Assembly: GCA_051294905.1 (NCBI GenBank)
Contig: CM119372.1
Span: 20,400,001-20,464,000 of the forward strand
DNA length: 64,000 bases
Direction: 5' to 3'
Source of the DNA: Botryllus schlosseri
Lineage: Eukaryota
Shown here: positions 52,548-64,000 of the stretch, in pieces
Position numbering within the stretch: position 1 is the first letter of the stretch
Layout of the letters: each line of letters starts with the position of its first letter
Program-made: the position numbers and the translations under genes
Notes under the pieces: generated by a model
The model's input: the letters and a program-made list of their open reading frames with translations, nothing else
The model's database searches: none
What the model was told of the DNA's origin: nothing

Positions 52548-54564
52548 GACATACAGTCACTAAAAATTGCCGTATGTAAGCAAGTAGTGGAGAATCTCGG
52601 AAGACTGGGGCCGCGGGTCACAATATCATGTAAGACGGAAAACTGTCCACGTGCCAAACAAAATCCCTTCGCGGGCACGATCCGGCCCGCGGGCCGTATA
52701 TTGCCCGCCCCTGCCATACGTCCTCCTTTCGGATGACTTGTCCTGCTTTTTCAGGTTTTTGAAAATGTCCTCCGAGGACGCTTAAATGTCCTCCTTTTTG
52801 GCAATTCGTCCTCCTTTACAGCTTTTAGAGCTAAGATGATGGATAGATTCGAGTTAAAATGGGCATTTATATGACGCTAAACAGGAAATTCGTGGTTCGA
52901 ACGTAAGCGAAGACCGTTGAGTCGGAAGGTTGGCCTTTTTTTAGTGAAACAACCACAATTTCATGGTAAATTTACCATTTTTCCGGATTTTACTCCAGTA
53001 TTATAAGTCAGAAAATTTTAAAAAGTGTCCTATTTTCCCGATTCCAAAATATGGTAACCCTACCAATAAGAACTAGTCGGTGACATTGAAATTATATTTC
53101 GAGAAAGCAAAAAGTGCACAATCACTACATGCAGAGTTTTATGGAAAATGAACCCAAAAGCAGTTGTTCACAGAAACGAAAATGACAATGCGGAACCGTT
53201 AGATGCAGGGTACATGGAGTTAAATACACTAAGTATAATTCAAATATCTGTAGTAGCACTGCTGTATAACTTCTGACTCAAAAGAAGTCCGGCCCCCGGA
53301 GCAACCCTAATCGCGATTTAATAATATAATAAAACCAAATTCCAACGTCCGCGTTTACAGTTGAATCTCTTGTATACCCCACGACGCCTACTCGGGGCCA
53401 ATAACAGGTTACGACAACAAAGGAAGCATAGAAATATGCCAACTTATATCGTCGCTAGTGCCACTGATTAAGTGCTTCATTACTGTACTCAACCGGCTAA
53501 TTATCGCATTTTTGCCTATTCCACTGTTCACGAATAAAGATGTTGCTAGAATATTACCCCTATATGATCCGTTATATGAATTAATGTACTATTATGTATA
53601 AACACTTGATAATACAGTATTCAAGTGATAAATAAGGACGTGTGGTAACATTTTTGAATGAGTTGACTGATGGTCCGGCCCGCGATAGATCTGACGGTTT
53701 GAATCCGGCCATTTGAGTTTGACACCCATGGCTTAAAATATAGACCAGCAATTCTCAACATTCGGCCCGCAACATCTTCGATTATGAATGTAATTACCAC
53801 TGATATGTTACCTATTAATTTAGATATACACTTATTAGCTTTGTAATCGCACTATCACTGGCTTGAACAGATCGCGACAAGGGAAGAGAAATTAAACCAC
53901 GAAAACTGAATTTCCAACTCAGTGTGGAACAATAAATTTGCTTTCTTGGCCTCAGCCAGCCGACGAGGGTTTGAATTTCACTGCGTATTTCTCATAATGC
54001 TGATTTAATATATATCTCTAAACACGGCGACCTGCTCACCACGAAGAAAAATGACGGGTTGCCCTCTGACTTAAAGTGAACAAATATTTAGTCCTCCAAA
54101 TCTTCGTAAAATGTCTGCCTTCAGCCTCCACCTCTATTTGTTAACATGACTGTTCATCATTCATCATCTCACGTGCACTGATTGACTTTTTTTACGGATT
54201 ATGGATTAGAAACGTATGACATGACAATTTCAATCACAGACCGAGTAATTCGCATTGTAACAATGACATCAAAAACTATTGAACTATATGGAAACCGTTA
54301 CTTTTGACTTTAATTGATACAGTATACTTTGCTATATTCGCGACATTTTGAATCCAGATTATACGACATACCTATAGGCTGCGTAATCACTGCAAAGTAG
54401 GTTTGATTTTTAATATTACAGGCTACTTTTCGCCGGCCAGTCAGAACCACGGGCCGCACCTTATCGGGATCTGATATATTCCGCAATCGCTTGATTAACC
54501 TATTCAGTATTCACAGATTCACCGTAAATCCAGATTTCCTTACTCGATATTACCGTAAAAATCT

Positions 54565-54831
54565 TAGGGTTACATACACGTCTTCTTTGAAGAGGACTTG
54601 TCCTCTTGTTTGACTATTTTTAAAGTGTCCTCGCCCAAATATTCTGTTTTTTGAGATTTTGTCCTCTTTTTTGAGAATTTTGGTTAAATAAGGCGCAAAA
54701 TTCGACTGAGATAGATCAGCACTGAAGTAACGCTCCGGCGGCTGTATCACCAACTCCACCACTCCAGTATGTAAGTCTGAAAATTTTGAAAAAGTGTCCT
54801 CTTTTCAAATTTCCAAAATATGGTAACCCTA
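54565..54831 (+). mobile_element. MITE family B copy
   Basis: tagggttac ... atggtaacccta; TSD degraded. Confidence 0.75.
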
Positions 54832-57800
54832 ATATATCTTGGTAATTAATTTGGTAATAATAGATAGATTAAAGTCGGTAGAATTTTTTGAAACATGACA
54901 GGAAATGAAATATATTGGTAACGCCGTGTTATGGTTATCACATATAGTACGGTATCTCAAACGTTGTACAGGAAATGATCAATCGAACAAGACATGTTAT
55001 GTGATTTAATATGTGTATCGGGAGATAAGTATATTTATATACATTTCTGTGATACAACGTGAATATTAATTAATTAATTAATTCCTCAATTCATCAATTC
55101 GGATATATTCATTCAGCGTTAAGTTTTGGAACGAGTCAATAAATTTACAAGATGGCGAAGACAGTAACAAAGAAAGTTGTCCGTGTGATTTTGAACTGCG
55201 TGTGTACGAGTCAGGCTCTGTGGTACGTCAGCCATCAAGCCGTGCCATTGCCACTTGTTTTGTCACTTCATACAAACTCTTTTCCATTCTTGTTGACATT
55301 GTTATCAAAAACTTTCATAGAAATCTATATTTTCAAAATTATTCTTTTGACGGTTTTGGCATCCGACTCCCAGAATGCCAATAATAATGATGCCTGTTCA
55401 TAAGCAAAGAGATCGGAAGACACAAAACCATCCTACATTGTCAACGATTATGATACGTTTTTAATCACTTTTCAAAAGATCAAAAACCAGAATATCTGAA
55501 TGAATTGAATGTAAATATCGCGCAGCGAAAACTACTAATGCAAACATCGGAGAACCAATACTTGTTCAATAGGAATCGGTTTTCAATGATCATCGCTTTG
55601 AGCGACCATATCGTAATTCAGCAAATTCTGTGCCATGGTATCAGATAGTTTATCACTGTTTATCAATAACCAAACCACTTATTAGTGCTCGTGCCTATAA
55701 CAAACGCACCCCGTGTCGGCTACCGCGTAAGGTAAATCGGGTGGTATGGTTGCAATCCCGAAAGTCAATCACAGTTTGATAGACGCGGATGAAGGGCTAG
55801 GTAAATATGTAGAGTGAGGCAGGTATATAAGTTACGGTAGAATTATATATTCACTCAGGATAGTGGCGCTTGCCGCCTTTTCAGATCTTATAAGCCAACG
55901 ACAGTAGCCTAATACTCATGGATTTTCTAAGGAATCTAGGTAAATTCAACGTAAAAAATAATGTCCATTAGATGTAGCGAGAACTAAAATGCTAGGATAA
56001 AGTACAAAACATGTAACTTGGCTTGTTGAAGTGCAAGTAGTCTAAAGACATAATTAGTCGAGTAAGTAATTGAAGTAGCAAATACATACCTATACTCGAG
56101 TACTACTAAAAGTCTAATCACTTCGTTACTGATAAATGATCATCTGCTATCAATATCTATCTTACCTCGTAAAATGAACACGTCAATCAATTTAACTGCT
56201 CTCGCCCCTCCCATACTGACAACTGTGGTTGAAGTGATTCTCTGCACAATGCTTTTTATTGTAATATTGTAGTAGTGATTCCAAGATTAATACTGACTAT
56301 TACTTACATTTGTCCTCATTGTTCAAGGTTAAAGGGACTATTTTTTCTCTGCTGAGCTCGAATTCGAATCATCAATATGGAAGCTATTATGTCAAAATTA
56401 CCGGATCATTTGAAAGTATTAATAGCGGAGATGAAAGATGTGATGGCACAAGGTTTGGCTGCCGCTCCTGGATATGAAGGACCTGGCTGGAAGGGGTACC
56501 GGTTCGCGCTGTTATTCAACTCGGAAGCAGCAAAGAAAGTGTACGAAGAACATGATGTTCCTAACAACTCCATTATAGTGTCCTCTTTTCCCAAAACAGG
56601 TATATGCCTGCACCAAAATTCTAGCTAAATCACTCGATGGCTGATTGTAAATCTTAGTTTATCATGTTAGTGAGCTCATGTAGCTATAACTAACCAATTA
56701 CCCATAGACGTTTCACTTCAGCAGTGACGTGCCGTGAGGTTCGTGGCTTGTGAGGCACTGACCCTACACCCCCACCACCGGAACACACACATACACACAC
56801 GTAAAGTAGCCTATACCTGATAAAGATACACAAAGATACGAATAACAACAGCAGCAAGAGGAGGCGCGTAGGCGAGAGCGTTTTCTCTGCACCCTATTGG
56901 CCGTTATAATTCTACAATACATATTTCACTTTTTTCCTTCAGTAAAATATTCAGTTATGTAATGCAAATTGCTCAACGAAAAGGATGAAAGGAAAAACGA
57001 AAATCTATTTTATTCAAGGTCCTTATTATTTCGGTTTTATGTTCTCTATTGTCTTTTGCTAGTCCACTCTCTTTTTGTACAAGATTGAGATGGACACGGC
57101 ATCAGCAAAACTATAAAGACGGTACGTCACTCACTAACATCAAACTTAAATGGTTGAAAACATCATTCAGACTGTGGAAAATCAGGGTTAGATTCATGAT
57201 TGGGGATGCAGTTTTCCTTGGAATAGGATTCACAAACATATAAAACCTACAAAGTGAACTGATATTCGAGTTGACGACCTGTTTCTTATCAGATTAGCCA
57301 TCTTCACACGTCCACTATCTAGGCTTCTCCAGTGCTCCTCCCCATCTGATCCGCGTCGCGGTGTCTTACGAAAGTCTTGAAGATAGCATAATAGTGGAGC
57401 GTCCGGCTTCGGTGTAGGTAGTGGGTTCAATTCCAGTCTGGGTCAGACCAAAGACCCGATTAGGAACACTTGTATCCATGACTTCCCCGCTCGGCGCTCA
57501 TCATCACCGGGGTAGCATGGATGGTGGTGCAGGACTTGAAAAGCCTTAGAGGCTATATCTGCACCTTCCATGTCCAGCGGCATATGTATCTCATGCACTC
57601 ATGGTATGCATATGCAGAGATCGAGTGTATATGTGCATGCTGTGTATGTTATCATGAGTCGGTGTGTGCCGCAAATATATCAAGGATAAAAATATGCGAC
57701 ATCCTATTCCTAATTCCTATCCTGTTCTAGGAATAAATTTTTCGAGAAATACACTTCTAAATTCTACACTTCAGTATGCGACAATTGGGCATGCGACACT

Positions 57801-57847
57801 TGAGCATGTGGGTAAAATTGGGGGTTAGGACCGGGTATGATTTAGAT

Positions 57848-59172
57848 CAGAGGTCTCAAACTCAAATGTGCTCGTGGGCCAATTTCCTAGTTTTTAAGGA
57901 CGCCGCGGGCCGCAGCATCAATAATTGGGGTATTCAAATTCAATGTATTTTCAAGATTGCCTTATCTGACAGGACCTTGTAGACTGCTGGCATTCCACAC
58001 ACATCGTGAAAATCTTATGTAGGCTACTATCGTAATATTCACGCCTGACACGAAAAAAAAATCACAATTTTAAATATTTGAATAAAATTGTTGTTGGTGT
58101 ACTTGTCATAACTTGTCAAAATATTGAGATACAGACACAATGCAAGGGGACGAATGCATCATTTTGAAGCTAACTGATAGCAGATTAAATAACAACATAA
58201 AATTATTGTATCATAATAAAGAATTGTCCAATCGCCTAACAATCCATTGGTGTTACAGTTGTCACGACTTCGTTAATCTCCACATTTAATTGGCGATACT
58301 AACATGGATAGAGATCCAAGATGTAGCCAAGATGTAACTAATGGAGGAGGCAACATGGTGGCGAGATAGCGTAGTGGTATAATCCGCGGCTGCAACACCA
58401 ATGGGTTGCGGGTTCGGGTCCGACCGGGCTCGACTTCAGAATTCCTATACCTGGTGTTGGAGGTTTATCTAGGCTCCTCCTCGCCACATTATCGGCGTAA
58501 GCGGTGTCTTACGAAAAGCCTTGAAGTGGGTCGTGCAATAACTCGCGGCAGTTACGGACTAAAAACGGAGAATAATGGCCTGGTGTAAATGACCATAGTA
58601 GTCGACAAACACCATGAATATCACAAAACAAACAAACAAAAGGAGGCAACGTAATGCCAATGGTTGCCATACCGACATTGCTTAGATAACGAAATCCGCT
58701 ACGCTACACAACGCCGGCTACGATCTTCTTGACAGTTTGATAGTTTGTTTCGTTCGTAACTTTACCAACCCACGGCGTTTCAATTCACAAGTCATTCTCT
58801 AATTTGAACGTTTGAACCGACTCAACTCAAGTCATTTTCATTTTATATACCCCATAGTTAGTCCGAGTACTAGAAATTCTACGGAAGATCGACGATACGT
58901 CGAAATCACAATTTCCAGTCTCAAATCATCAACGGGTCGTGTTTTATCGCCATGAACAGGTAATGTGGTCTGCCACTGCGCAGTAGCCTTTGAAAGTGTT
59001 GCAATATCGAAGTTGGACGATTAGTTTAGGGTTTTTGGGAAGATTTGGAGTGAATTTCCAACTTTAAAATCTAAAAAAGATATGTGACGGTTAAATAATG
59101 TCGAATACTTGAAAATCCAAAATGCCGACGCGGTCCGCACAAAATGGACTGGCGGCGTGTTTGAGACCACTG
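57848..59172. mobile_element. Charlie-like hAT element containing a SINE
   Basis: Ends cagaggtctcaaac and gtttgagaccactg; TSD ATTTAGAT. Confidence 0.88.
58357..58640 (+). mobile_element. tRNA-derived SINE with (CAAA)n tail
   Basis: A box tagcgtagtgg, B box ggttcgggtcc, tail caaaacaaacaaacaaa, 12-bp TSD AGGAGGCAAC(A/G)T. Fragments at about 15780-15940 (-), 49900-50035 and 59390-59465. Confidence 0.85.
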
Positions 59173-59776
59173 ATTTAGATTGAGGATTGGGTTAGGCCGT
59201 TAGGGTTATGTTTGGGGTTGGGGTATATATAAGGGTTGAATTCGGGGTTAGGGTTGGGGTTGGGGTACGTTTTGGGATTGGGAAACCACATGCCAAAGTG
59301 ACGCATGATGAAGAGTCGCATGCTAATCTGTCGTTTTTCAATGTGTTGCATGCTCATATGTCAGGCAACCGGAATCATAATGTAGGTTATCGGCCTGGTG
59401 TAAATCACCATTGCAGTTGTAAAACATCATAAATGCCACAAACAACAACACCAACAATAACAACGCAGGGTCATTTCCATCCTGGACAACAAAAGTTGGA
59501 ACCACCACATAAAATTTATTTGTGGAAAATTGAACTCCGGGATCAAAAGTTACGTCATTTTGTCAATTAACGATTTTCTGCTCATTGCGGCTCCGTAGCA
59601 TTCAGGTTTTATCAATGTAAAATTTGAAAAGGTGTTGAATTACAGTTGAGATTTGGCAATCGGTTTTCTGAGTAGCTAGTCTATTGGTCCATATTCCCAT
59701 CGTATCACTCGACCGTGAATCACGTGTTGCGCATCTATCCGAAGGTTAGTTATCTATAATTAAATGCCATGCGATG

Positions 59777-60195
59777 CAGAGATGAGCATGGATTAGGATT
59801 AGGTTTTGAAAAAACAGGATTTGTGAAATTTTGTCGGATTTGGATTGGATTTGGATTAGACATTTTTTCAGAACGGATTAGGATTTGGATTGGATTTACC
59901 TATTTTCTGGGAGATTGAAATGTCGTGTGGCGAATGGCGACAAACTTTATTCAGATCAGTTATTAATGTACTTATGGTTACTTGGTTATCTTGAATCACG
60001 TGAATCGTTGGTTGTGAAAGAAAATTTTCGAATCCCTCCATTGCATAAATTAGTTTTTTTTCTGAATTTCCACTTGGAATCGGATTAGGATTGGACATGG
60101 ACTTGAATATGAAAAAGTTATGGATTAGGATTTGGATTTGAAGGTTCGGATTTGGATTGGATTAGGACATAGAAATTTCAATCCGCTCTTCTCTG
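59777..60195 (+). mobile_element. hAT MITE family A, full length
   Basis: TSD ATGCGATG/ATGCGGTG. Confidence 0.9.
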
Positions 60196-60411
60196 ATGCG
60201 GTGTAGTGTTAAAGGTTAAATTGAGGCGAAACTTGATCGATGGTCTGAAATCGGTCAAGCGTTGCACAATTTATAATGCGAATTGTTCAGACCCTATAAA
60301 AATATTCAAGCGAGTATGGTATCATATGAAAACTGGTTTCAAGGACAATTATTATCCATAGCTTTTTCATTTAGGTTTTTTGACTGTAAGATGGTGAAAT
60401 TGACTGTAAGA

Positions 60412-61029
60412 TAGGGTTACCAATTTGTCCTCTTTTTTGACTATTTTGAAAGTGTCCTCGGAGGACGTCATTTTGCCCTCTTTTATGAGATTTTGTCCTC
60501 TTTTTTGAGAATTTTGGTCATATTGATAGCCAAATTTGACTGAGATGCCGTAAATCAGCATCAAAGTGACGCCGAGCGAGATAGTGTAATGGTAATGCGT
60601 CCAGCTTCTCGATCGGTAGGTCGTGGGTTCAATCCCCGGCGGGTCAGACCAAAGACTCTAAAACTGGTATCCGCGGCTATCCAGCTAGGCGCTCAGCATC
60701 CATGGATAGCGCGGAGGAGAAAGATACGGTGGTGCAGACTAGATGACCTTGCTTAAAGGTCGTATCGCATCTCCATCGTCAAAGCATCTCGATGGTGCCG
60801 GCGAAAATAAATCTGATCTCTCTCTCTCCGGCGGGCATTTCTGGAGCTGGGCATTGTCAACCACCTGACAATGTGAAGGGAAAATGGTATTTGGACGCTG
60901 AGCGAGAAAGATGACTATTTTGTTTTAGTCAACCGACCGCCATATGGGAAAAATTTACCATTTTTTCAGAATTTTACTTCGGATTTGCAAGTCTGAAAAT
61001 TCTGAAATTTCCAAAATATGGTAACCCTA
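60412..61029 (+). mobile_element. MITE family B copy containing a SINE
   Basis: TSD CTGTAAGA. Confidence 0.88.
60571..60828 (+). mobile_element. tRNA-derived SINE with MetaSINE-like central domain and (CT)n tail
   Basis: A box tagtgtaatgg and B box ggttcaatcc, then gggtcagaccaaagactctaaaactggta...gcgctcagca. Degenerate copies at about 11478-11540, 29115-29220 (-) and 57382-57510. Confidence 0.8.
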
Positions 61030-61679
61030 CTGTAAGATGGTGAAATTGACTTTGTATATAGAACATGCACAAATACTGTTGCAAGCTTAGTTCTTCGTAA
61101 TTTCATATTCTATATCGATCGCTTGCCATACAATTATTAGGGACGAATTGGATGCAAGAAATCTTGAAGCAAATGATATTCGGCTTCGATGAAAAAGCAA
61201 TGGCGTTGTATAATGCTATTCCTAAACTATTCACATTACTGGAAGGTGTCAGAGGTGAGCGATTTACACAAGTTGTTATATACCATATGTATATCGTCGA
61301 GGTGTGTTAATATTCACAGGGGAAAAACTCGAATTGTGGAATTACTTATCATTGCCTCGGACACCTTTTATCACGCATCTATGCCCGCGCCTTTGTTGAA
61401 CTTCGAAAAGATTAAAAAAAGCAACTCGAAGGTAGGATCGTTGTTCGGGGACGTGTTTTCCAAACAGCTAGATGAAGAATTTCAAAATAGCCATCGCAAA
61501 ATATTTGTGTTGTTTTGCAGGTGATTGTAGGCTACCTATAAGAAATCCGAAAGACCAAGCAGTGTCGTGGTATCACTTCAGCAAAGGTCCTAATTTCGCA
61601 CGTTTAAGAGAGCATCTGAGCGTGGAGTGGTCACAGTTTTTCTTGGATTTCACTGACGGTATTGTAAATTTTCCCAAGC

Positions 61680-61710
<31 letters not shown>

Positions 61711-62343
61711 AACAAATAGGCAATTGGGCATATATATGAAAGGATTCACTCTTTATCTAACTCTTTCAAAATGCAAAGTAACTGCGACGAATTTTGTGGT
61801 TCATATTCACAGGTAAGCAACCGGTGCCGGCGACGAAACCGGGCGAGGGATATATCGAGTTCCTACTTGGATGGGATGAATACAGGGATGATCCCGACGT
61901 ACTCTTTGTGCAGTTTGAAAAGCTAAAGAAGGTTCTGAATCGTAATAGTAATATTCAAGTATAAATATTAAACAATAGTGAAATTAAAGTGCAGATACCG
62001 ACCGCTAACACTAAGGCGTATATCAACTGATAAACCTGCTATAGTTGTTACCTGAGTTCCATGTAAGTTGTGGCTAGCTAGATAATACTTAACTCGCAGT
62101 GGTAGACGCACTTTCCTTGCGTTAGTCCATGATATGACAACCTCAACGTGAATCTTACGACCGTATTGCCTCAGATAGATATATTGGTCGAATGGATGAA
62201 ATATACAGTAGGATATGGCGAATGAGTCAGGCATATAATTCAAATACAAGGGCTAATAAATTCCAAGTCGTGGTAGCGACAAGAAAGATATAAGTCACGT
62301 GATATACAGACATGGGGGATGTACCATAATGTGATGTTATATC

Positions 62344-62967
62344 ATAGTGTCCTATATGGTGTCGACACAGGCAAATCTCACGCCTCAGTGAAATTGTATC
62401 ACGTAACAATTTCCATTTGGCTACAGGCAATTTGACGGTCATTTTTGACCGGATTGCCGAGCATTAAATTTTGTCAAACGGGTATCAATCGAAAGCTGAC
62501 TCTGCACTGATTACGAAAATATAAATTTTATTCTGCTCGTGTCCCTGGAACTGCCACAATCAGTCTCGCATTTTTCATTGTTATGGAGATTGGCATTGGG
62601 ACGCAACAATGCTGTCTGGCTCTTTTTCTATTGAGCTACTCTCTCGTTACGCCAGACAGCATTGTGACGTCCTGAGCTACTCTCTCGTTTCGCCAGACAG
62701 CATTGTTGCGTCCCAATGCCAATCTCCATAACAATGAAAAATTCGAGGCTGATTGTGGGAGTTCCAGGGCCACGAGCGAAATAAAATTCATATTTTCGCA
62801 ATCAGTGCAGAGTCAGCTTTCGATTGATACCCGTTTTACCAAATTAATGCTCGGCAAGCCGGTCAAAAATGACCGTCAAATTACCTGTAGCCAAATGGAA
62901 ATTGTGACGTGATACAATTTCACTGAGGCGTGAGATTTGCCTGTGTCGATACCATATAGGACACTAT
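62344..62967. mobile_element. Foldback MITE with about 276-bp inverted arms (possibly Academ-related)
   Basis: Arms 62344-62620 and 62692-62967; ends (a)tagtgtcc and ggacacta(t); 41-bp tandem duplication at 62632-62713; no clear TSD. Confidence 0.75.
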
Positions 62968-63032
62968 ATGGTTATATCTTATAAGTGTATGAACCGCGAG
63001 AGGGCGCAGGGCGTTCCATAACACCTACCTAC

Positions 63033-63459
63033 CAGAGATGAGCGGATTTGAAATTTCTATGTCCTAATCCAATCCAAATCCGAACCTTCCAATCCAAATC
63101 CAAATCCTAATCCATAACTTTTTCATATTCAAGTCTATGTCCAATCCTCATCCGATTCCAACTGGAAATTCAGAAAAAATACTAATTTATGCAATGGAGG
63201 GATTCGAAAATTTTCTTTCACAACCAACGATTCACTTGATTCAAGATAACTTAGTAACCATGAGTACATTAATAACTGATCTGAATAAAGTTTGTCGCCA
63301 TTCGCCACACGACATTTCAATCTACCAGAAAATAGGTAAATCCAATCCAAATCCTAATCCGTTCTGAAAATAATCTTTAATCCAAATCCAATTCAAATCC
63401 GACAAAATTTCACAAATCCTGTTTTTTCAAAACCTAATCCTAATCCATGCTCATCTCTG
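63033..63459 (-). mobile_element. hAT MITE family A, full length, inverted
   Basis: TSD CTACCTAC. Confidence 0.92.
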
Positions 63460-64000
63460 CTACCTACGTAGTAGGCCTACGTAGCTTTCGAGGGTTGGCA
63501 ATTTGAGAAGAAAGATGTGGCGTTATAAACATTTTCCCAACTAGCTTGTTCGAAACGGTATTTTAGTATTTCAAGGAGATTTGTCGAATTTCTTTCCCGG
63601 TCGACGCATACATAATGCCTTGGTAGGAATTGTCAACGGTGTGTTTTCTGATGTCTGCTCACAGATGGCTGAGTCTATCGTACGGCGCCATATAGAGACA
63701 TATTCTCTGTGCAAGTTGCACTTATGCCATTTACCCTCGTACAGATCTGCTACCAGATGGCATAGCGTATCTCTAGGCCTACATATTAACGTACATTCTG
63801 GTGCAGGATCCGACAAACGAAATCCGAAGAATCGCAAAATTCCTTGCTATTGACTTGACCGATGAACAAATCTCCGTTGTGAGGGAGAGAACATCATTTG
63901 ATGCGATGAAAAAGAACCAAGACGATGCATCATCTGCTTCTAGCAAGAACGCTATGAAAAAATCAATGAATCGCATGCGGAAGGGTGTGTGTTAACAATG

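Larger units (their letters stand above)
49446..52713. mobile_element. Nested Charlie-like hAT element
   Basis: Ends caggggcgggcaa and ttgcccgcccctg; TSD CCATACGT. Confidence 0.88.
49430..53062 (+). mobile_element. MITE family B copy split by a nested insertion
   Basis: tagggttaccatacgt (49430-49445) resumes at 52722 and ends atggtaacccta (53062). Confidence 0.8.
49183..53730. mobile_element. Outer Charlie-like hAT element hosting nested insertions
   Basis: Ends caggggtgtcaaac and gtttgacacccatg; degraded TSD GTTTAAAT/GCTTAAAA. Confidence 0.65.
56377..63984 (+). pseudogene. Cytosolic sulfotransferase (SULT family) with two frameshifts; 3' end lies beyond the window
   Basis: Exons 56377-56599, 61141-61254, 61320-61431, 61521-61658, 61813-61931, 63807-63984. 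5'-PSB motif SFPKTGTNW, RNPKDQAVSWYHF, terminal MRKG. A frameshift near 61380 gives TGA at 61397-61399; a second frameshift lies at about 61530. Confidence 0.8.

Noticed and set aside
55152..55403. 83-aa hydrophobic ORF with a good start context
   Set aside because: No recognisable domain or splice partners; it could be a decayed LINE 5' region but I cannot support that.
59181..59285. Telomere-like GGGTT(A/G) tract
   Set aside because: Short, degenerate and internal; it continues the tract at 57817-57847 split by a hAT insertion, so it is probably part of an interspersed repeat.
60571..60645. tRNA gene (also the heads at 58357 and 32650)
   Set aside because: A and B boxes are present but there is no complete cloverleaf or T-run terminator, and the sequence continues into SINE bodies.

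Overview
Eukaryotic (animal) genomic DNA: compact multi-exon genes with GT-AG introns, in a dense background of small DNA transposons and SINEs. Gene style suggests an invertebrate, possibly an ascidian/tunicate (inference only). Genes I could splice by eye: DcpS (-, 7 coding exons), POLE4 (+, intronless), MPP10/MPHOSPH10 (+, 7 exons), an intact 663-aa hAT-transposase-derived gene with altered catalytic residues (+), an AUNIP-like gene (+), a macro-domain gene (-, 8 exons), a CTL/SLC44A choline-transporter-like gene (-, 8 exons), BDH2 (+, intronless, one 1-nt frameshift) and a cytosolic sulfotransferase (+, two frameshifts, runs off the window). The most notable non-genic signal is a repeat family carrying a minimal type I hammerhead ribozyme with a loop-II pseudoknot; one copy is a near-perfect 365-bp foldback in a DcpS intron with a ribozyme on each strand. 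Also notable: a possible POLE4/MPP10 shared transcription unit, TA-GGC(C)-TA insertion footprints (one breaks the sulfotransferase), a natural G-to-E change in the macro-domain ligand loop, and several foldback and nested transposons with clean target-site duplications (TSDs). All coordinates were read manually and no database searches were run; family assignments rest on remembered motifs.
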